A stretch of 64,000 bases of DNA from Gloeobacterales cyanobacterium (GCA_038245785.1 JBBRSB010000007.1:1-64000); one strand, 5' to 3'. Positions 1 through 10,664 are shown, counted from the first letter of the stretch. The notes: generated from the sequence alone by a model not told the origin. Program-made: numbers and translations.

Positions 1-1
1 A

Positions 2-141
2 GTGCTAAAAGTGTTTCGAATCCTAGCTGGACCGTATCGCAATCGACGACGGCGATTTGGATTGCGTTTGAATCTGATAGCAGGGATCTCCAATTTTGAA
101 CGCTTCCTAAAAGTTCCAGCCTGATTCGTGCAAGAGCTCTA
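2..141 (+). mobile_element. 3' end of IS5-family (ISL2-like) transposase plus terminal repeat, inserted into the IS701 ORF
   Basis: Frame 2..124 reads VLKVFRILAGPYRNRRRRFGLRLNLIAGISNF, a typical IS5/ISL2 C-terminus, followed by TTCGTGCAAGAGCTCTA. Confidence 0.7.
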
Positions 142-955
142 CTTCTTGAGTGGCATCCGTCGAATCTTGAGATAAGTCGTTGGTCACGACAAACTCCGTT
201 CTGTTGGTGGAAACAGTAACCCGGAACAGTTTCACCTTCTTGTCTTTTGGAAAGCCCCGCACCTTAATGAGCTTACCGTCCCTCAATTCACCCGCACTCC
301 AAACCAACTCGTCAATCCGCTCGTAAGGCTTAGTACCCCCGCTGTCATCCACGCGACGGTTACGCTTGAGCGGACAGTAGTAAATTTTGCCCAAAGCATC
401 AATCTGGGCCAGCAGCTTCTGAGCTGCATACCAACTATCCATCAGCACCGTGCTAAATGGCAACTGCTTGCTATGCACGACCCCGCCCAGCATCTCGGCC
501 ACATGCTCAAGTTTACTGTGACCGTCTCCCGCTGGGTCATACAGGCGATAGTCAATCACCCAAAACTGTCCCGTTTGGGCATTTACGTAGACACAGCTAA
601 TGAGCCCAATCCCGAGAATCACTCGGTGCTCATTGCCACTGTACTGTCGGCGCGTCAGCTCAATAGCCGATGAGTACTGTTTGTCTAAGACAGTGTCATC
701 GAAGAGGAGATAGGCGTCGTCTGAGGTTTGGACAAGTGCTTTTAGGTTATCCCACAATAGGTGTGGAGTGAGCTTCTCGCCCCGAAGATAGCGATTAATG
801 CGGTCATGGCTGATTCCATGAAGATGGTCTGCCAAGTTCGTTACGGTGTAGTTGATGGGACTACTGAGCAGATATTGGCAGTAGTCCAGTTTGGTGAACT
901 TCATTCCTCAAGTTTAGTTTTTCCCACTCCTTCTCTTTCATTTGCGTAAGTCCTG
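107..955 (-). mobile_element. IS701-family element; transposase (107..904) truncated at its C-terminus
   Basis: MKFTKLDYCQYLLSS start, LLFDDTVLDK and VLMDSWY DDE motifs; end sequence CAGGACTTACGCA at 943-955 (minus); ORF runs into the IS5 end. Confidence 0.85.
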
Positions 956-1271
956 GCAATGATGGTTACCAGTTGAGAGATGGTAAAGTGCCCCTAGCTG
1001 TATGGGTAACTTTTCATGGATCCAAAGGTCAAAATGCGCTTGGGCTGGATGTAGTTTTATCAGATAAACGAGTAATTTCAGCCCCGCTGGCCGTCGGCTC
1101 GATTGGGCAGTCACCCTAGCAAACGTGGGAAGCGCTAGTAACCTCAACCCCCACATGGGAGAAGGTTAAGTCGAACTATGCCTTGTCTAAAGAGCGAATA
1201 CGAGACGCTGATTACCTACGGAATATTGACAAGCCAAAATGGGTCTGGTTGTTGTAAACCATCATTGTGAT

Positions 1272-1980
1272 TCACACATATCCTTTGTCCGCAAAGACGC
1301 TGTCCATCAAGCCTTGGAGCAATTGAGGCACAGGTGCTCGGTCATCAACATTCCCAGCAGTTAAAGCAACATTGAGTAATTCTCCCTGGTCATTGACTAC
1401 CAGGTGAAACTTGAAACCGAAGAACCAATCTACAGAGGTTTTAGCGTGTTGGGCCGAGCCTTGAAAGACCTTATGTTGAGGAATCCGGCGATTATGACAG
1501 ACTTTGTGTCCGGCAGGCGGAGCCGAGAGGCTGGTGGAATCCATAAAACTAACTTCAGTACAGGAACCAAAACAATGGCGCAAATAGGCATACAGCGGAA
1601 ATAGGACATCGGGCATCCATTCGACAAACCGTTGATAGCTGACTAAGCCTGGAAAGACTAGCCGCCAGTGCACGCAGACCTTTTCCAGATAGAAAGCTTT
1701 GAAATTGCGATAGGCCGACTGGTGAATGGTTCCTGAGCCCTGCCAAAGGAAGGTAATCAGGATGGTCATAATCTCACTGAGGCACACGCGGCGGGCTCGG
1801 TTGCGATGCTTCAGCTCATCTTGGAGTAAGTGTTGTTGCCAACAGAGTTCAAACGCTTGACAGAAGTCATCGACGCAGCAAAAAAAGTTCTTCTAAAATA
1901 GTAATAGAACGAGCAGATGGGTTGTGAACTAAGCACTTTCAGCTTATCTGCTCTGTCTTTTCTTATCTCGAACTCACGTT
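1272..1980 (-). pseudogene. IS982-family transposase pseudogene with left end
   Basis: LEELF/CCVDDFCQ N-terminus (frameshifted near 1885), LSEIMTILI, SFMDST, GFKFHLVVN, VFADKGY; end AACGTGAGTTCG at 1969-1980; 3' truncated; two small in-frame insertions. Confidence 0.85.
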
Positions 1981-2198
1981 TCTTTAATACTGCTGGCAAC
2001 GTTACTGCCGATATCATCCAGCGGTAAATCAACAATCCTCACCATGGGTAGGCGAATAAATTTGCTCGTGTCGCTTTTTCTTCCAACTCTAAAGAGACGG
2101 GCTTCCAGGCATTCTGCACTACCCTTGTGAGCGAGATTTCTAACGCTCTTATATGATGCTGATGAGGAAAAACCACATCAGAGTGAGTGCTTTATCTT

Positions 2199-2582
2199 CT
2201 ACAAAGTAGGATTACATGTAAAACTCGAGATCTTACCCGCTCGTACTAACGCTCTACCTCTGGCTCTGCAGGCCGCCATCGATCTGTATTTACCTCCAAT
2301 TCTGGTTGTTCTAGTCGTTCTATATTTTTTTGATTGTATTCTTCGCTGTCGATCGCTATCTGATGCAGATCTCAATTTCCAAACTTTTCCGCTACGCAAA
2401 CAGCGATATCTTCTGATAGTTCCGGCTTGTATCATCTCTCTTCCTCTAGCTTTACAAGACGCCTCAGATGTGAATGTACCTAAAGATGAGGTACTGGTAG
2501 TACCTGAGTGGGCTGGCATAGAAGTTGCGCTCATGGCAATCGCAACCACTGCTGAGATGCAAATCTTTCTGAACTGAGGCAT
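2199..2582 (-). CDS. Small secreted, highly basic protein with two Cys-containing repeats
   Basis: Signal-peptide-like N-terminus ending PAHS; repeats SEASCKARGREMIQAGTIRRYRC and SMAACRARGRALVRAGKISSFTC. Confidence 0.6.
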   Translation of the reverse strand: MPQFRKICISAVVAIAMSATSMPAHSGTTSTSSLGTFTSEASCKARGREMIQAGTIRRYRCLRSGKVWKLRSASDSDRQRRIQSKKYRTTRTTRIGGKYRSMAACRARGRALVRAGKISSFTCNPTL

Positions 2583-2724
2583 AATTCTATCGTCTCTTGA
2601 GGGTTAAACGTCAAGCGCTTTGTTGTGTTTCGACAGATTAATTATAGTGCGTCCATACAATAGTTTGGACACCTTTTAGCCTGAATCAGTTGGTATTGAT
2701 ACCCTAAATAATGTGTGAATCACA

Positions 2725-2880
2725 AAGATGTGTTGCTGCCACTGAGGTTCAAGCGCTTGGCAGAAGTCGTCGACGCAACAAAAGAGTTCTTCTAAAGTAA
2801 TCATAGGACGAGCAGATGGGGTGTGACTTAAGCACTTTCAGCTTATCTGCTCTGTCTTTTCTTATCCCGAACTCACGTTA
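2725..2880 (-). mobile_element. Second IS982 left-end remnant
   Basis: Diverged direct repeat of about 1846-1980; encodes MITLEELFCCVDDFCQALEPQWQQH; end TAACGTGAGTTCGGGATAAG. Confidence 0.8.
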
Positions 2881-3168
2881 TCAACTCACGTTATCTAGTA
2901 CCTCGTCCGCTTACGACTGAGCTATTTATGCTGAACACACGTGAACCAAATATTTCTATTGATTCTTAAGTCTTGGTAGCTGAAGATAAGGCATTTTGTT
3001 GAGAAGCTTAAGCTTTAGAAATTTTGCGTAAAAACATAGGGTATATCTCCAATCATTAGCAGGAGGCAAAACAGCATCAAAGCTTGGGAGAAAGCCCTGA
3101 GTTTTGAGTGAGCCTCTAACCATTCATTTTGGGAATAAGCCATAGCTCATGTTCCTGCTTCTGTAAAC

Positions 3169-3810
3169 ATGGAAAGTTTCAAACTTATTCTTGAAGGACT
3201 CTATCAGGGAAGGCCACTTTCTTCCTATTCTCCAGGTCAAAGAATTTCTCTTCTAGAAGATGAAGTCTTTATTGTATATCGCGGCATTATTCGGACGCAG
3301 AACTTACAGGAGGAAGGAGAAGAATCTATCTTAGGCTTGGTAGGCCCGATGATGCCCATTTCCTCAAAATTCACTATGCTCAATTCCTATGAGGCTTATG
3401 CCTTAACTGCGGTAGATCTGCTGCGTCTAACGTGGGACGAAGTATTTAACTCTATAGATCTATTAAGAGAGCTAAATCGCGCTTTGATTCAGCGGCTCCT
3501 GCATGCGGAAGTATTGTTAGATTTGAGGAGCAAGCGACAAATCAGCGAACGTTTGATTGCCTTTCTATACTTTTTGGCTCAGGAATATGGTTAACCAACC
3601 TCTAGAGGAATTCGCTTAGACATTCAGCTAACCCATCAACAGATAGCTGATGCTATTAGTACAACATGAGTCACCACTACACGCTTATTGGGAGTACTCA
3701 AGAAAGCCTCAATGATCAAAATTGGCTAAGACCGTACTATCTATATCTTGCCTAGACTATACCGTAATCAAGAATTCAACTTTATCAGCAAACCGCCCGC
3801 AGAGAGTTAG
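3169..3810 (+). pseudogene. Crp/Fnr-family transcriptional regulator pseudogene
   Basis: cNMP-binding-like region, then the frame continues through stops at 3592 (TAA), 3667 (TGA) and 3727 (TAA) as IRLDIQLTHQQIADAISTT*VTTTRLL, a Crp HTH. Confidence 0.85.
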
Positions 3811-3915
3811 GAAGGACGGCGTGGGGCTAGTGTAAAATTTCAGCGTTCTGCTACCAGACTCGACTGCGGATCATAAAAAGAGTGCTGTTACTTAGCGTAC
3901 TGGGTCTGTACTCTT

Positions 3916-4159
3916 CTACTTGACAGAGAATACCTCATCAAACTTGCGCGTGATTGGATCGAGTAAGAAGCTCAAGACTGTTTTCTGTCGCAGAACAATT
4001 TCTCCCGTGGCGGACATTCCAGGGGTCAGAGGTTTGTCTTCGCTGCGTGCCATCATAGACAATTTATTCAATCGAACTCTGGTCGGAAAATTCTTTTCAT
4101 TCTGACCTGGCTGTCCTGCATTTTTTCTTTAGTAACAGCATTGGGGCTAATAACCGTGC
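3916..4159 (-). pseudogene. Displaced, diverged copy of the hlyD 3' end
   Basis: Aligns by eye to about 5987-6238, including the stop codon, with many third-position changes and small deletions. Confidence 0.85.
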
Positions 4160-4415
4160 ATTACTCATCCACTGGGCCTCTTTTTCAGAAGCAGATCAAA
4201 AGTACTTTTTCAATGATCACCAAAGCATAGAGTTTCTAACTAATTAACTTACAACTTGTGGCTCCGGAACAACTTGATGTAATGCCTGTAACAGGGACAA
4301 ATCAGGCAGAGCATGCTAGCATGTGGTCCAAGCAAACGATCTTACTTAGCTTCTACTGTATATAAGCAAAAAGATGGGTAGGGGTGAAGTCTGAAACAAC
4401 AATGAGGAAATCACA

Positions 4416-5861
4416 ATGCTTCCCCCTGAAGATAGAGAATTACTCAAAAGTTCTAGGAAAGCCTCCGTTTCGGCTCCTTCTCCATTCCAAAGGCCCTATT
4501 TCGGGAGCGCGAATGCAGCAGAGCACCGTGCTAGTTCTAGTGCTCCTAAGCTTGCGGTGAAGCCTCACCCCGTAAAATCAGGTTTTACCAAAGATCCTCA
4601 TCCCGGTTCTGCCAATGCGGCAGAACACAGAGCTCTTGCTACGCCTCACCCTGTAAAGTCAGGTTTTACCAAAGCGCCTTACTCCGGTTCTGCCAATGCA
4701 GCGGAACATCGAGCTCTTACTAGACCTCACCCTGCAAAATCAGGTTTTACTAAAGATCCTCATTCCAGTTCTGCTAATGCGGAAGAGTACAGAGTTCTTG
4801 CTACGCCTCACCCTGTAAAATCAGGTTTTACCAAAGGTTCTTATTCCGGTTCTGCCAATGCAGCGGAACATCGCCAGATCCTCAATGTACAAAAAGAGGA
4901 TCAAGCGGTTAAGAAGGTGCAGCTAGAACAGCAGCGGCGTTTAGCGGGAATTCCGAATTATCGTAATGCAGCAGTTAATAGTGAAATGCGCGAGGCCATA
5001 ATCACTCAAGTTCATCAGGATGCCCTAAAGGACCCTGCCTATCGCTCCCATGAAGCGCGAATAAAGCGAGAAACCGACCTTTCTCTGAAGGTGCAGCGTG
5101 ATAGAGCACTGCAAGAGCATTCAAAGCAGCAGCCTCAGGAGAAGAAGCATTGGTGGGATAAAGCCACTGACTTTGTCAAAGACCATTCAAAAGATATTGG
5201 TCATGGTGCCTTAGATGCTGCTGGTTTTATTCCAGTTGTGGGAGGGGTTGCAGATTTAGCTAACGCTGGCTGGTACCTAGCAGAAGGAGATAAGACAAAT
5301 GCGGCCCTCTCCGCTGCCGCTGCTGTTCCTTTTGCAGGTGATGCAGTAGCTGCAACAGCCATAGGTGCAAAAATTGCTGTAAAAACTGCTGTAGCGGCGA
5401 AAGGAGTTCACTTAGCTTCTGCTGCCGTTGGAGGTATTAAGGCTGACAAAGCTATTGGCAAGGCCGAAAAAGCTAAGACTTATATTACTTATTCCTTTAG
5501 AAATAGTGACGACGTAGTTCATTATGTTGGGCGTGCAAGTGGTAAAGGAACACCTCGAGAAGTTTTGATGGGGAGAATTGAAAGAGGTCATGACATTGCT
5601 AAAAATTTCCCCGATCTAAAGCCTCATATTGAGGGTGTGCAGGGTAGCAAAGCTGCTAATAAAGGTGCAGAGGACGTATTGTACTCGCGGAACCAGATCC
5701 GTAATCCAAGTGCTGTTGATGGAAAAAAAATGGCACCTGGAGCAAGTGAAACCGGGAAACAATTGCTAAATCGGACAAATACTATGAGTAATAAGCCCTG
5801 GATCGCTAGAACAACCGGCAGAAAGAACATTAGTGAATATGCAAAAGACTTAAGAGAGTAG
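4416..5861 (+). CDS. Polymorphic-toxin-like protein: N-terminal tandem repeats, pre-toxin TG-like segment, GIY-YIG-like C-terminus
   Basis: GHGALDAAGFIPVVGGVADLANAGWYLAEGD...AAAAVPFAG pre-toxin motif; TYITYSF...HYVGRA...R...H resembles GIY-YIG. Confidence 0.65.
   Translation: MLPPEDRELLKSSRKASVSAPSPFQRPYFGSANAAEHRASSSAPKLAVKPHPVKSGFTKDPHPGSANAAEHRALATPHPVKSGFTKAPYSGSANAAEHRALTRPHPAKSGFTKDPHSSSANAEEYRVLATPHPVKSGFTKGSYSGSANAAEHRQILNVQKEDQAVKKVQLEQQRRLAGIPNYRNAAVNSEMREAIITQVHQDALKDPAYRSHEARIKRETDLSLKVQRDRALQEHSKQQPQEKKHWWDKATDFVKDHSKDIGHGALDAAGFIPVVGGVADLANAGWYLAEGDKTNAALSAAAAVPFAGDAVAATAIGAKIAVKTAVAAKGVHLASAAVGGIKADKAIGKAEKAKTYITYSFRNSDDVVHYVGRASGKGTPREVLMGRIERGHDIAKNFPDLKPHIEGVQGSKAANKGAEDVLYSRNQIRNPSAVDGKKMAPGASETGKQLLNRTNTMSNKPWIARTTGRKNISEYAKDLRE
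4563..4875 (+). repeat. Four tandem 81-bp (27-aa) coding repeats
   Basis: PHPVKSGFTKxPxxGSANAAEHRxLxT units start at 4563, 4644, 4725 and 4806, with a partial unit upstream. Confidence 0.95.
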
Positions 5862-5986
5862 AATTACGGCTAGCCAAGTTGCTTGGCGAGCAGCTCTATC
5901 AGAAAGCATAGGATCGATCGCGGGCAACAATTTCTCCCGTGGTACAGATCACTTTGTCTATCACCAGAGCTGCTATCTCTATTAAT

Positions 5987-7273
5987 CTACTTGATAGAAA
6001 ACACCTCATCAAATTTCCGAGTAATCGGATCAAGTAAGAAGCTCAGAACTGTCTTTTGTCGCAGAACGATTTCCCCTGTGGCGGACATTCCAGGCGTCAA
6101 AGGTTTGTCTTCGCCGCGTGCCATCACGGACAGTTTATTCAATCGAACTTTGGTCGGAAAGTTCTTTTCATTCTGACCTGTCTGCCCTGCGTTTTTCTCT
6201 TTACTAACAGCATTGGGACTGACATAAATAACCGTGCCGTCAATAATGCCAAATTCTTGGTAGGGAAAGGCATCCACTTTTACTTTTACCTTCATCCCTT
6301 CATCCACAAATCCTCGGTACTGGTTCGGCAAATCAACCTGCAATATCGGTTCTTTTCCACTAGGAAGAATGGATAATAATTCGTCCCCTGTTTGCACAAT
6401 TCCTTTGCTTCGCGTCACATTGATATTGTAGATATTTCCAGAAATGGGAGCGGTTATCTTTTGTCCTTTCTGCTTATCCTTAGCCTGGTCCAATTGTCGT
6501 TTAAGCGCTTCTCGTTCTTCCCGACGCTGACTTAGTTGACTTAGGTTACTCCCTTTGTAGTCTTCGCTGAGCTGTTGAATCTTGGTTTGCTGAGCGGCAA
6601 TATTCTTTTCTAGATCGCTCACTTTGTTTTGAGCACGGTCACAGTCCATGCGGGGAGAGGCCCCTTGCCCACTGAGACGGCAGTAACTATTGGCTTCTCG
6701 TTGGGCAAAGGTAAGACTACGACGCAAACGCTGACCTTCAATTTCAGCTTCCCGTATCCGTGCTGCCTGTCCTCCAGCTGCCCCGCCAGTGGCCCGTTGA
6801 AGGTCGATATCCATCATTTTAATTTGTTCGCTCAGCCTCTTAACATCTGTGGCAGGCTGATTGGCATCCAGTTCTATTAAGATGTCTCCTTTGTTCACAT
6901 ATTGGCCTTCTTTGACCTTAATCGATTGAATCCCACCGTTTGTTAGCGAACGTACGGGCTGAATTTGTTCTGAAGGCAGTAATTCGCCTGGAGCGACCGC
7001 GACTTCATCTACTTTACTAAAAGCGGCCCAGCCAATTGCTCCGAATACAGCAAAACTAAGGCTTACGGCTACCAATCGCGTATAGAGCGGGGGTAACTCT
7101 TGTACTGCCTGACCTAATTCATAGGAAAGATACGTGGCCTCATCAGCAAATTCTTGCCTAGTCTGTCGAGCTAGGGCGGAAGAAGGATCTAAAGGGTCTA
7201 AGGGTTCAACTTCTGGCGGCTGCGATTTATTTGTAGAGAAAGGCAAGGATTTTAAGAGTTTCATAGGTTTCAC
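5987..7273 (-). CDS. HlyD-family secretion membrane-fusion protein
   Basis: TM helix, VDEVAVAPGEL, coiled coil, ITAPISG, VDAFPYQEFG, LTPGMSATGEI. Confidence 0.92.
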   Translation of the reverse strand: MKPMKLLKSLPFSTNKSQPPEVEPLDPLDPSSALARQTRQEFADEATYLSYELGQAVQELPPLYTRLVAVSLSFAVFGAIGWAAFSKVDEVAVAPGELLPSEQIQPVRSLTNGGIQSIKVKEGQYVNKGDILIELDANQPATDVKRLSEQIKMMDIDLQRATGGAAGGQAARIREAEIEGQRLRRSLTFAQREANSYCRLSGQGASPRMDCDRAQNKVSDLEKNIAAQQTKIQQLSEDYKGSNLSQLSQRREEREALKRQLDQAKDKQKGQKITAPISGNIYNINVTRSKGIVQTGDELLSILPSGKEPILQVDLPNQYRGFVDEGMKVKVKVDAFPYQEFGIIDGTVIYVSPNAVSKEKNAGQTGQNEKNFPTKVRLNKLSVMARGEDKPLTPGMSATGEIVLRQKTVLSFLLDPITRKFDEVFSIK

Positions 7274-7445
7274 ATGGAGGACAGACAGGTCATTTGCCCC
7301 AGTTTGGCTCTAGAAGACTGTTTCTACTCCTAACAGTTCTACCTTAGTTGCGCCAGTTAGGATGCATCTAGGATTACATGACGTCTCTCAGACTCTGTCT
7401 CAGAAGCCGTTTCGGGATAGACCCAAACCGTGCTACTTCTAGGGC

Positions 7446-8390
7446 ATGGTAAATCCTTGGATTTTCTTAGCTGCTTGGGTTTTGGACCGCATCGTGGGAG
7501 ATCCGGTGCGTTGGTTGCATCCTGTGCAGGTCATGGGTTGGATGATCAGCCGATGGCGAGATTGGAGTTTTGCGCACCTCAAAGAATCACCTTTACTTCT
7601 TAAGCTATCGGGAATAGCGCTGACTTTGTTGTTGACCTTGGGCAGTGCGGCCTTGGTCTGGGCTGTAATCCTTGGGGCTGGTTTGATTCATCCTTTCTTC
7701 GGCTGGGTAACAGAAGCATTGATTTTAGCCAGTGGTTTGGCGGGTCGTTCTCTAAACGATGCAGCCTGGGCCGTGCTCAAACCGCTGGCAGCCGGAAATC
7801 TTCCTCAAGCCCGTGAGACCTTGGCTATCTATGTCGGGCGGGACACAGAAAACCTGGATTCCTCGGAAGTACTTCGGGCGGTGATAGAAACCGTGGCCGA
7901 GAATACCACTGATGGCGTACTGGCTCCTTTGTTCTGGGCAGTGATTGGCGGCGCTCCCTTAGTCATCGCTTTTAAAGCAGCCAGCACCTTGGATTCGATG
8001 ATTGGCTATCGTCGAGCACTCTACGAGCCTTTTGGTTGGGCGGGAGCCCGTTTGGATGATGTTTTGAACTGGCTTCCGGCTCGATTGATGGCTCTGAGCT
8101 TGGGCGTCCTTACGGGGAAATTAGGAGTCGTAAACAAGATTGTGCAGAGAGACGCTGCCCAAGATCCCAGCCCCAATGCTGGGGTAAGTATGGCTGCTTT
8201 TGCTGCAGTGTTGGGTGTGCGATTAGGAGGAGAGAATAGCTACCGAGGAGAGAAGAAAGTCAAACCGTATTTAGGGGATTCACTTAAGCCACTAACACAG
8301 GACATTGTCTTGCAAACGCTGAAACTTTTAGACCGTTTACAGGTTCTGTGGATAGGAATTGGTTTTATCATGCTTTTACTAAAGCTATAG
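7446..8390 (+). CDS. cbiB: Adenosylcobinamide-phosphate synthase CbiB/CobD
   Basis: GDP..LHPV, VGRDT, ETVAENTTDG, STLDSMIGYR, SPNAG motifs. Confidence 0.93.
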   Translation: MVNPWIFLAAWVLDRIVGDPVRWLHPVQVMGWMISRWRDWSFAHLKESPLLLKLSGIALTLLLTLGSAALVWAVILGAGLIHPFFGWVTEALILASGLAGRSLNDAAWAVLKPLAAGNLPQARETLAIYVGRDTENLDSSEVLRAVIETVAENTTDGVLAPLFWAVIGGAPLVIAFKAASTLDSMIGYRRALYEPFGWAGARLDDVLNWLPARLMALSLGVLTGKLGVVNKIVQRDAAQDPSPNAGVSMAAFAAVLGVRLGGENSYRGEKKVKPYLGDSLKPLTQDIVLQTLKLLDRLQVLWIGIGFIMLLLKL

Positions 8391-8490
8391 CAAAACACAA
8401 TCACTTCGATAATGAAGAATCAGATTTTATCATTAACTATGACATCAAGTATAGGATGGGTACAAATGCTGGGGAGGAGGAATAAAACTA

Positions 8491-8796
8491 ATGAATGGAA
8501 ACATTATCATTCCAAAAGAGAAGATTGCTGATTTCTGCCAGCGGCATCATATTCGTCAATTAGCCTTGTTTGGTTCAGTTCTGAGAGGTGATTTTGGAGC
8601 TGATAGTGACGTTGATATTTTAGTAGAGTTCAAGCCTGGGCATACCCCAGGATTTATCAGTCTCTATGATATGGAAGAAGAACTTTCTAGCTTTTTGGAA
8701 GGTCGCAAAATCGACTTGGTAACAGCCAAGTTTCTCAACCATAGAATTCGGGATAAAGTCTTAGCTGAAGCCGAGGTCCAATATGTCGAAGGATGA
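8491..8796 (+). CDS. Minimal nucleotidyltransferase (MntA-type antitoxin)
   Basis: LFGSVLRGDFGADSDVDILVEF motif. Confidence 0.9.
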   Translation: MNGNIIIPKEKIADFCQRHHIRQLALFGSVLRGDFGADSDVDILVEFKPGHTPGFISLYDMEEELSSFLEGRKIDLVTAKFLNHRIRDKVLAEAEVQYVEG

Positions 8797-9127
8797 CAAA
8801 GATGACCTTGTGTACGTAGGTCATATGCTTGATATAACTCAGAAAGCTTTGTCATTTATTTAGGGTAAAAGTCGGGAAGATTTTGATAATGATGAGATTC
8901 TTCGTCTAGCACTAACACACCTTTTACAGATTATTGGTGAATCAGCTCGTCGTGTTTCTCAAGAATTTCGTGAAGAAAATCCTCAAATTCCCTGGAAGGC
9001 AATTGTCGGGATGCGGATGAAAGTTGTTCATGATTATCTGGACGTTGATGAAGATATTGTCTGGGATACGTTAGCGCAAGAACTTCCAAAATTGCTCAGC
9101 GCTCTGGAGAAAATCCTTCCCTCATAG
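8783..9127 (+). pseudogene. HEPN/DUF86 (HepT-type) toxin with internal stop
   Basis: Overlaps the MNT gene; TAG at 8861-8863; continues LQIIGESARRV...IPWKAIVGMRMKVVHDY (RX4HXY). Confidence 0.85.
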
Positions 9128-9267
9128 AGACTTGGCTATCAGGTTAAGGCCTGATTAGGTGCTGCTAGAACTACAATGTACTCATCCTTTCCTGAAAGTG
9201 CTCCACAAGCCAGAGCATAGCTGATGAAATAGCTGGATGATAGTCCTCTCTTATGGAACTTTGAGAT

Positions 9268-9915
9268 ATGTTCGCCCTCGTCTCGCCTGAAAAAGTTCAG
9301 TTACCGCCAGGAGCCGTCATGCGACTGCCTGCAACTTGGCAAGACTATCAAGCTCTGAGTCAGCAAAGGGGCGATCAGGCCATCCCACGGATTAAGTACC
9401 GCACTGGAGAAGTCTTCCTGATGTCGCCGCTCCCTGAACACGCACGCAATGCACATTTGATTGCCAATGTCGTGACCGTGTTGCTCGATCATCTAGGGCG
9501 AGACTACGAAGCCTTCACTCCAGTCACCATGGAACTCCCAGAAAAGAGTGGAATTGAACCAGACTATTGCTTCTACATTAATAATTGGCAAGCAGTGGCA
9601 GGTAAGAAACGAATCGATTGGAGCATCAATCCTCCACCGGATCTTGTACTTGAAGTTGATGTCACTAGCTATACCAACGTCAATGATTACCTACCCTATC
9701 GAGTTCCTGAAGTTTGGTTACTTAGAGGTGATCAGGTCATTATCTATTGCTTGCACAATGAAGAATATAGCTCTCAAACGAGTAGTCAGTATTTCCCCGA
9801 TGTACATGTACAGGCAGTCGTTGCTGAATGTCTCCATGCTGCTTATGAACGCAATACCAGTGCAGCCATCCGTGAGCTAAGACAGTATTTGGTTAACTCA
9901 ATCAGTCAGCGCTGA
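9268..9915 (+). CDS. Uma2-family endonuclease-like protein
   Basis: MSPLPEH, IEPDYCFYI, PPDLVLEVD, VPEVW. Confidence 0.9.
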   Translation: MFALVSPEKVQLPPGAVMRLPATWQDYQALSQQRGDQAIPRIKYRTGEVFLMSPLPEHARNAHLIANVVTVLLDHLGRDYEAFTPVTMELPEKSGIEPDYCFYINNWQAVAGKKRIDWSINPPPDLVLEVDVTSYTNVNDYLPYRVPEVWLLRGDQVIIYCLHNEEYSSQTSSQYFPDVHVQAVVAECLHAAYERNTSAAIRELRQYLVNSISQR

Positions 9916-9967
9916 CTTCAGATCCTGCCAGAACTACAATATATTCATCCTTCCAATAAGGGATCTC

Positions 9968-10531
9968 ATGAGTCAAACGACCGATCAGGTGCGCTGGACC
10001 TCCGCTGACCTAGAACTGTTTCCAGATGACGGGAACCGTTATGAAATTATTGAGGGAGAACTATTCGTAACCAAGGCTCCTCACTGGAAACACCAAAAAG
10101 CCTGTTCCAGAATCATCTTTGCCTTTGAATCCTGGCATCAAAAAACGGGATTGGGTGAAATAGTACCTGCTCCCGGCATTCTCTTTTCTGATGACAACAA
10201 CGTCATTCCCGATGTTGTCTGGGCTAGCAAAGAACGACTAGCTCTATCCCTAGACGAAGCGGGACATCTCACCTCCGCGCCAGAACTGATTGTAGAAGTC
10301 TTGTCTGCTGGAACGGAAAACGCAAGACGGGACCGAGAGCTAAAACTCAAACTGTACTCGGAACGGGGCGTGCAGGAATATTGGATTATCGATTGGTGCA
10401 AGCCCCAGCTTGAAATTTATCGCCGCACCCAGGCCACCCTGAAACTCGTTGCGACCTTGCTTCCCAACGATGAACTAAGCAGTCCCTTATTACCCGGTTT
10501 TACCTATCCAGTGTCCCAATTATTCGCTTGA
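9968..10531 (+). CDS. Uma2-family endonuclease-like protein
   Basis: RYEIIEGEL, PDVVW, PELIVEVLS, KLYSERGVQEYWIID. Confidence 0.92.
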   Translation: MSQTTDQVRWTSADLELFPDDGNRYEIIEGELFVTKAPHWKHQKACSRIIFAFESWHQKTGLGEIVPAPGILFSDDNNVIPDVVWASKERLALSLDEAGHLTSAPELIVEVLSAGTENARRDRELKLKLYSERGVQEYWIIDWCKPQLEIYRRTQATLKLVATLLPNDELSSPLLPGFTYPVSQLFA

Positions 10532-10664
10532 GGTCTTATGGGGTAGTGATTGGCACGTTTCGGTCAATAATTCCCAGGCGACCTTGAGCGCACTTGACCG
10601 TATTTGAATTCTTGAGCCAGACTGAGAATATAAAGTGTACGTACTAAGTTACGCGGGAGTCTCT

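Noticed and set aside
4563..4875. 81-bp repeats as a CRISPR array
   Set aside because: They are contiguous in-frame coding repeats with no unique spacers, and no cas genes are present.
3920..6176. Similar plus-strand ORFs 3920-4105 and 5883-6176 as a gene family or immunity gene
   Set aside because: They are antisense shadows of the duplicated hlyD 3' end.
3916..6238. hlyD repeat pair as a diversity-generating retroelement TR/VR
   Set aside because: Differences are not adenine-specific, many are synonymous, and no reverse transcriptase is visible.
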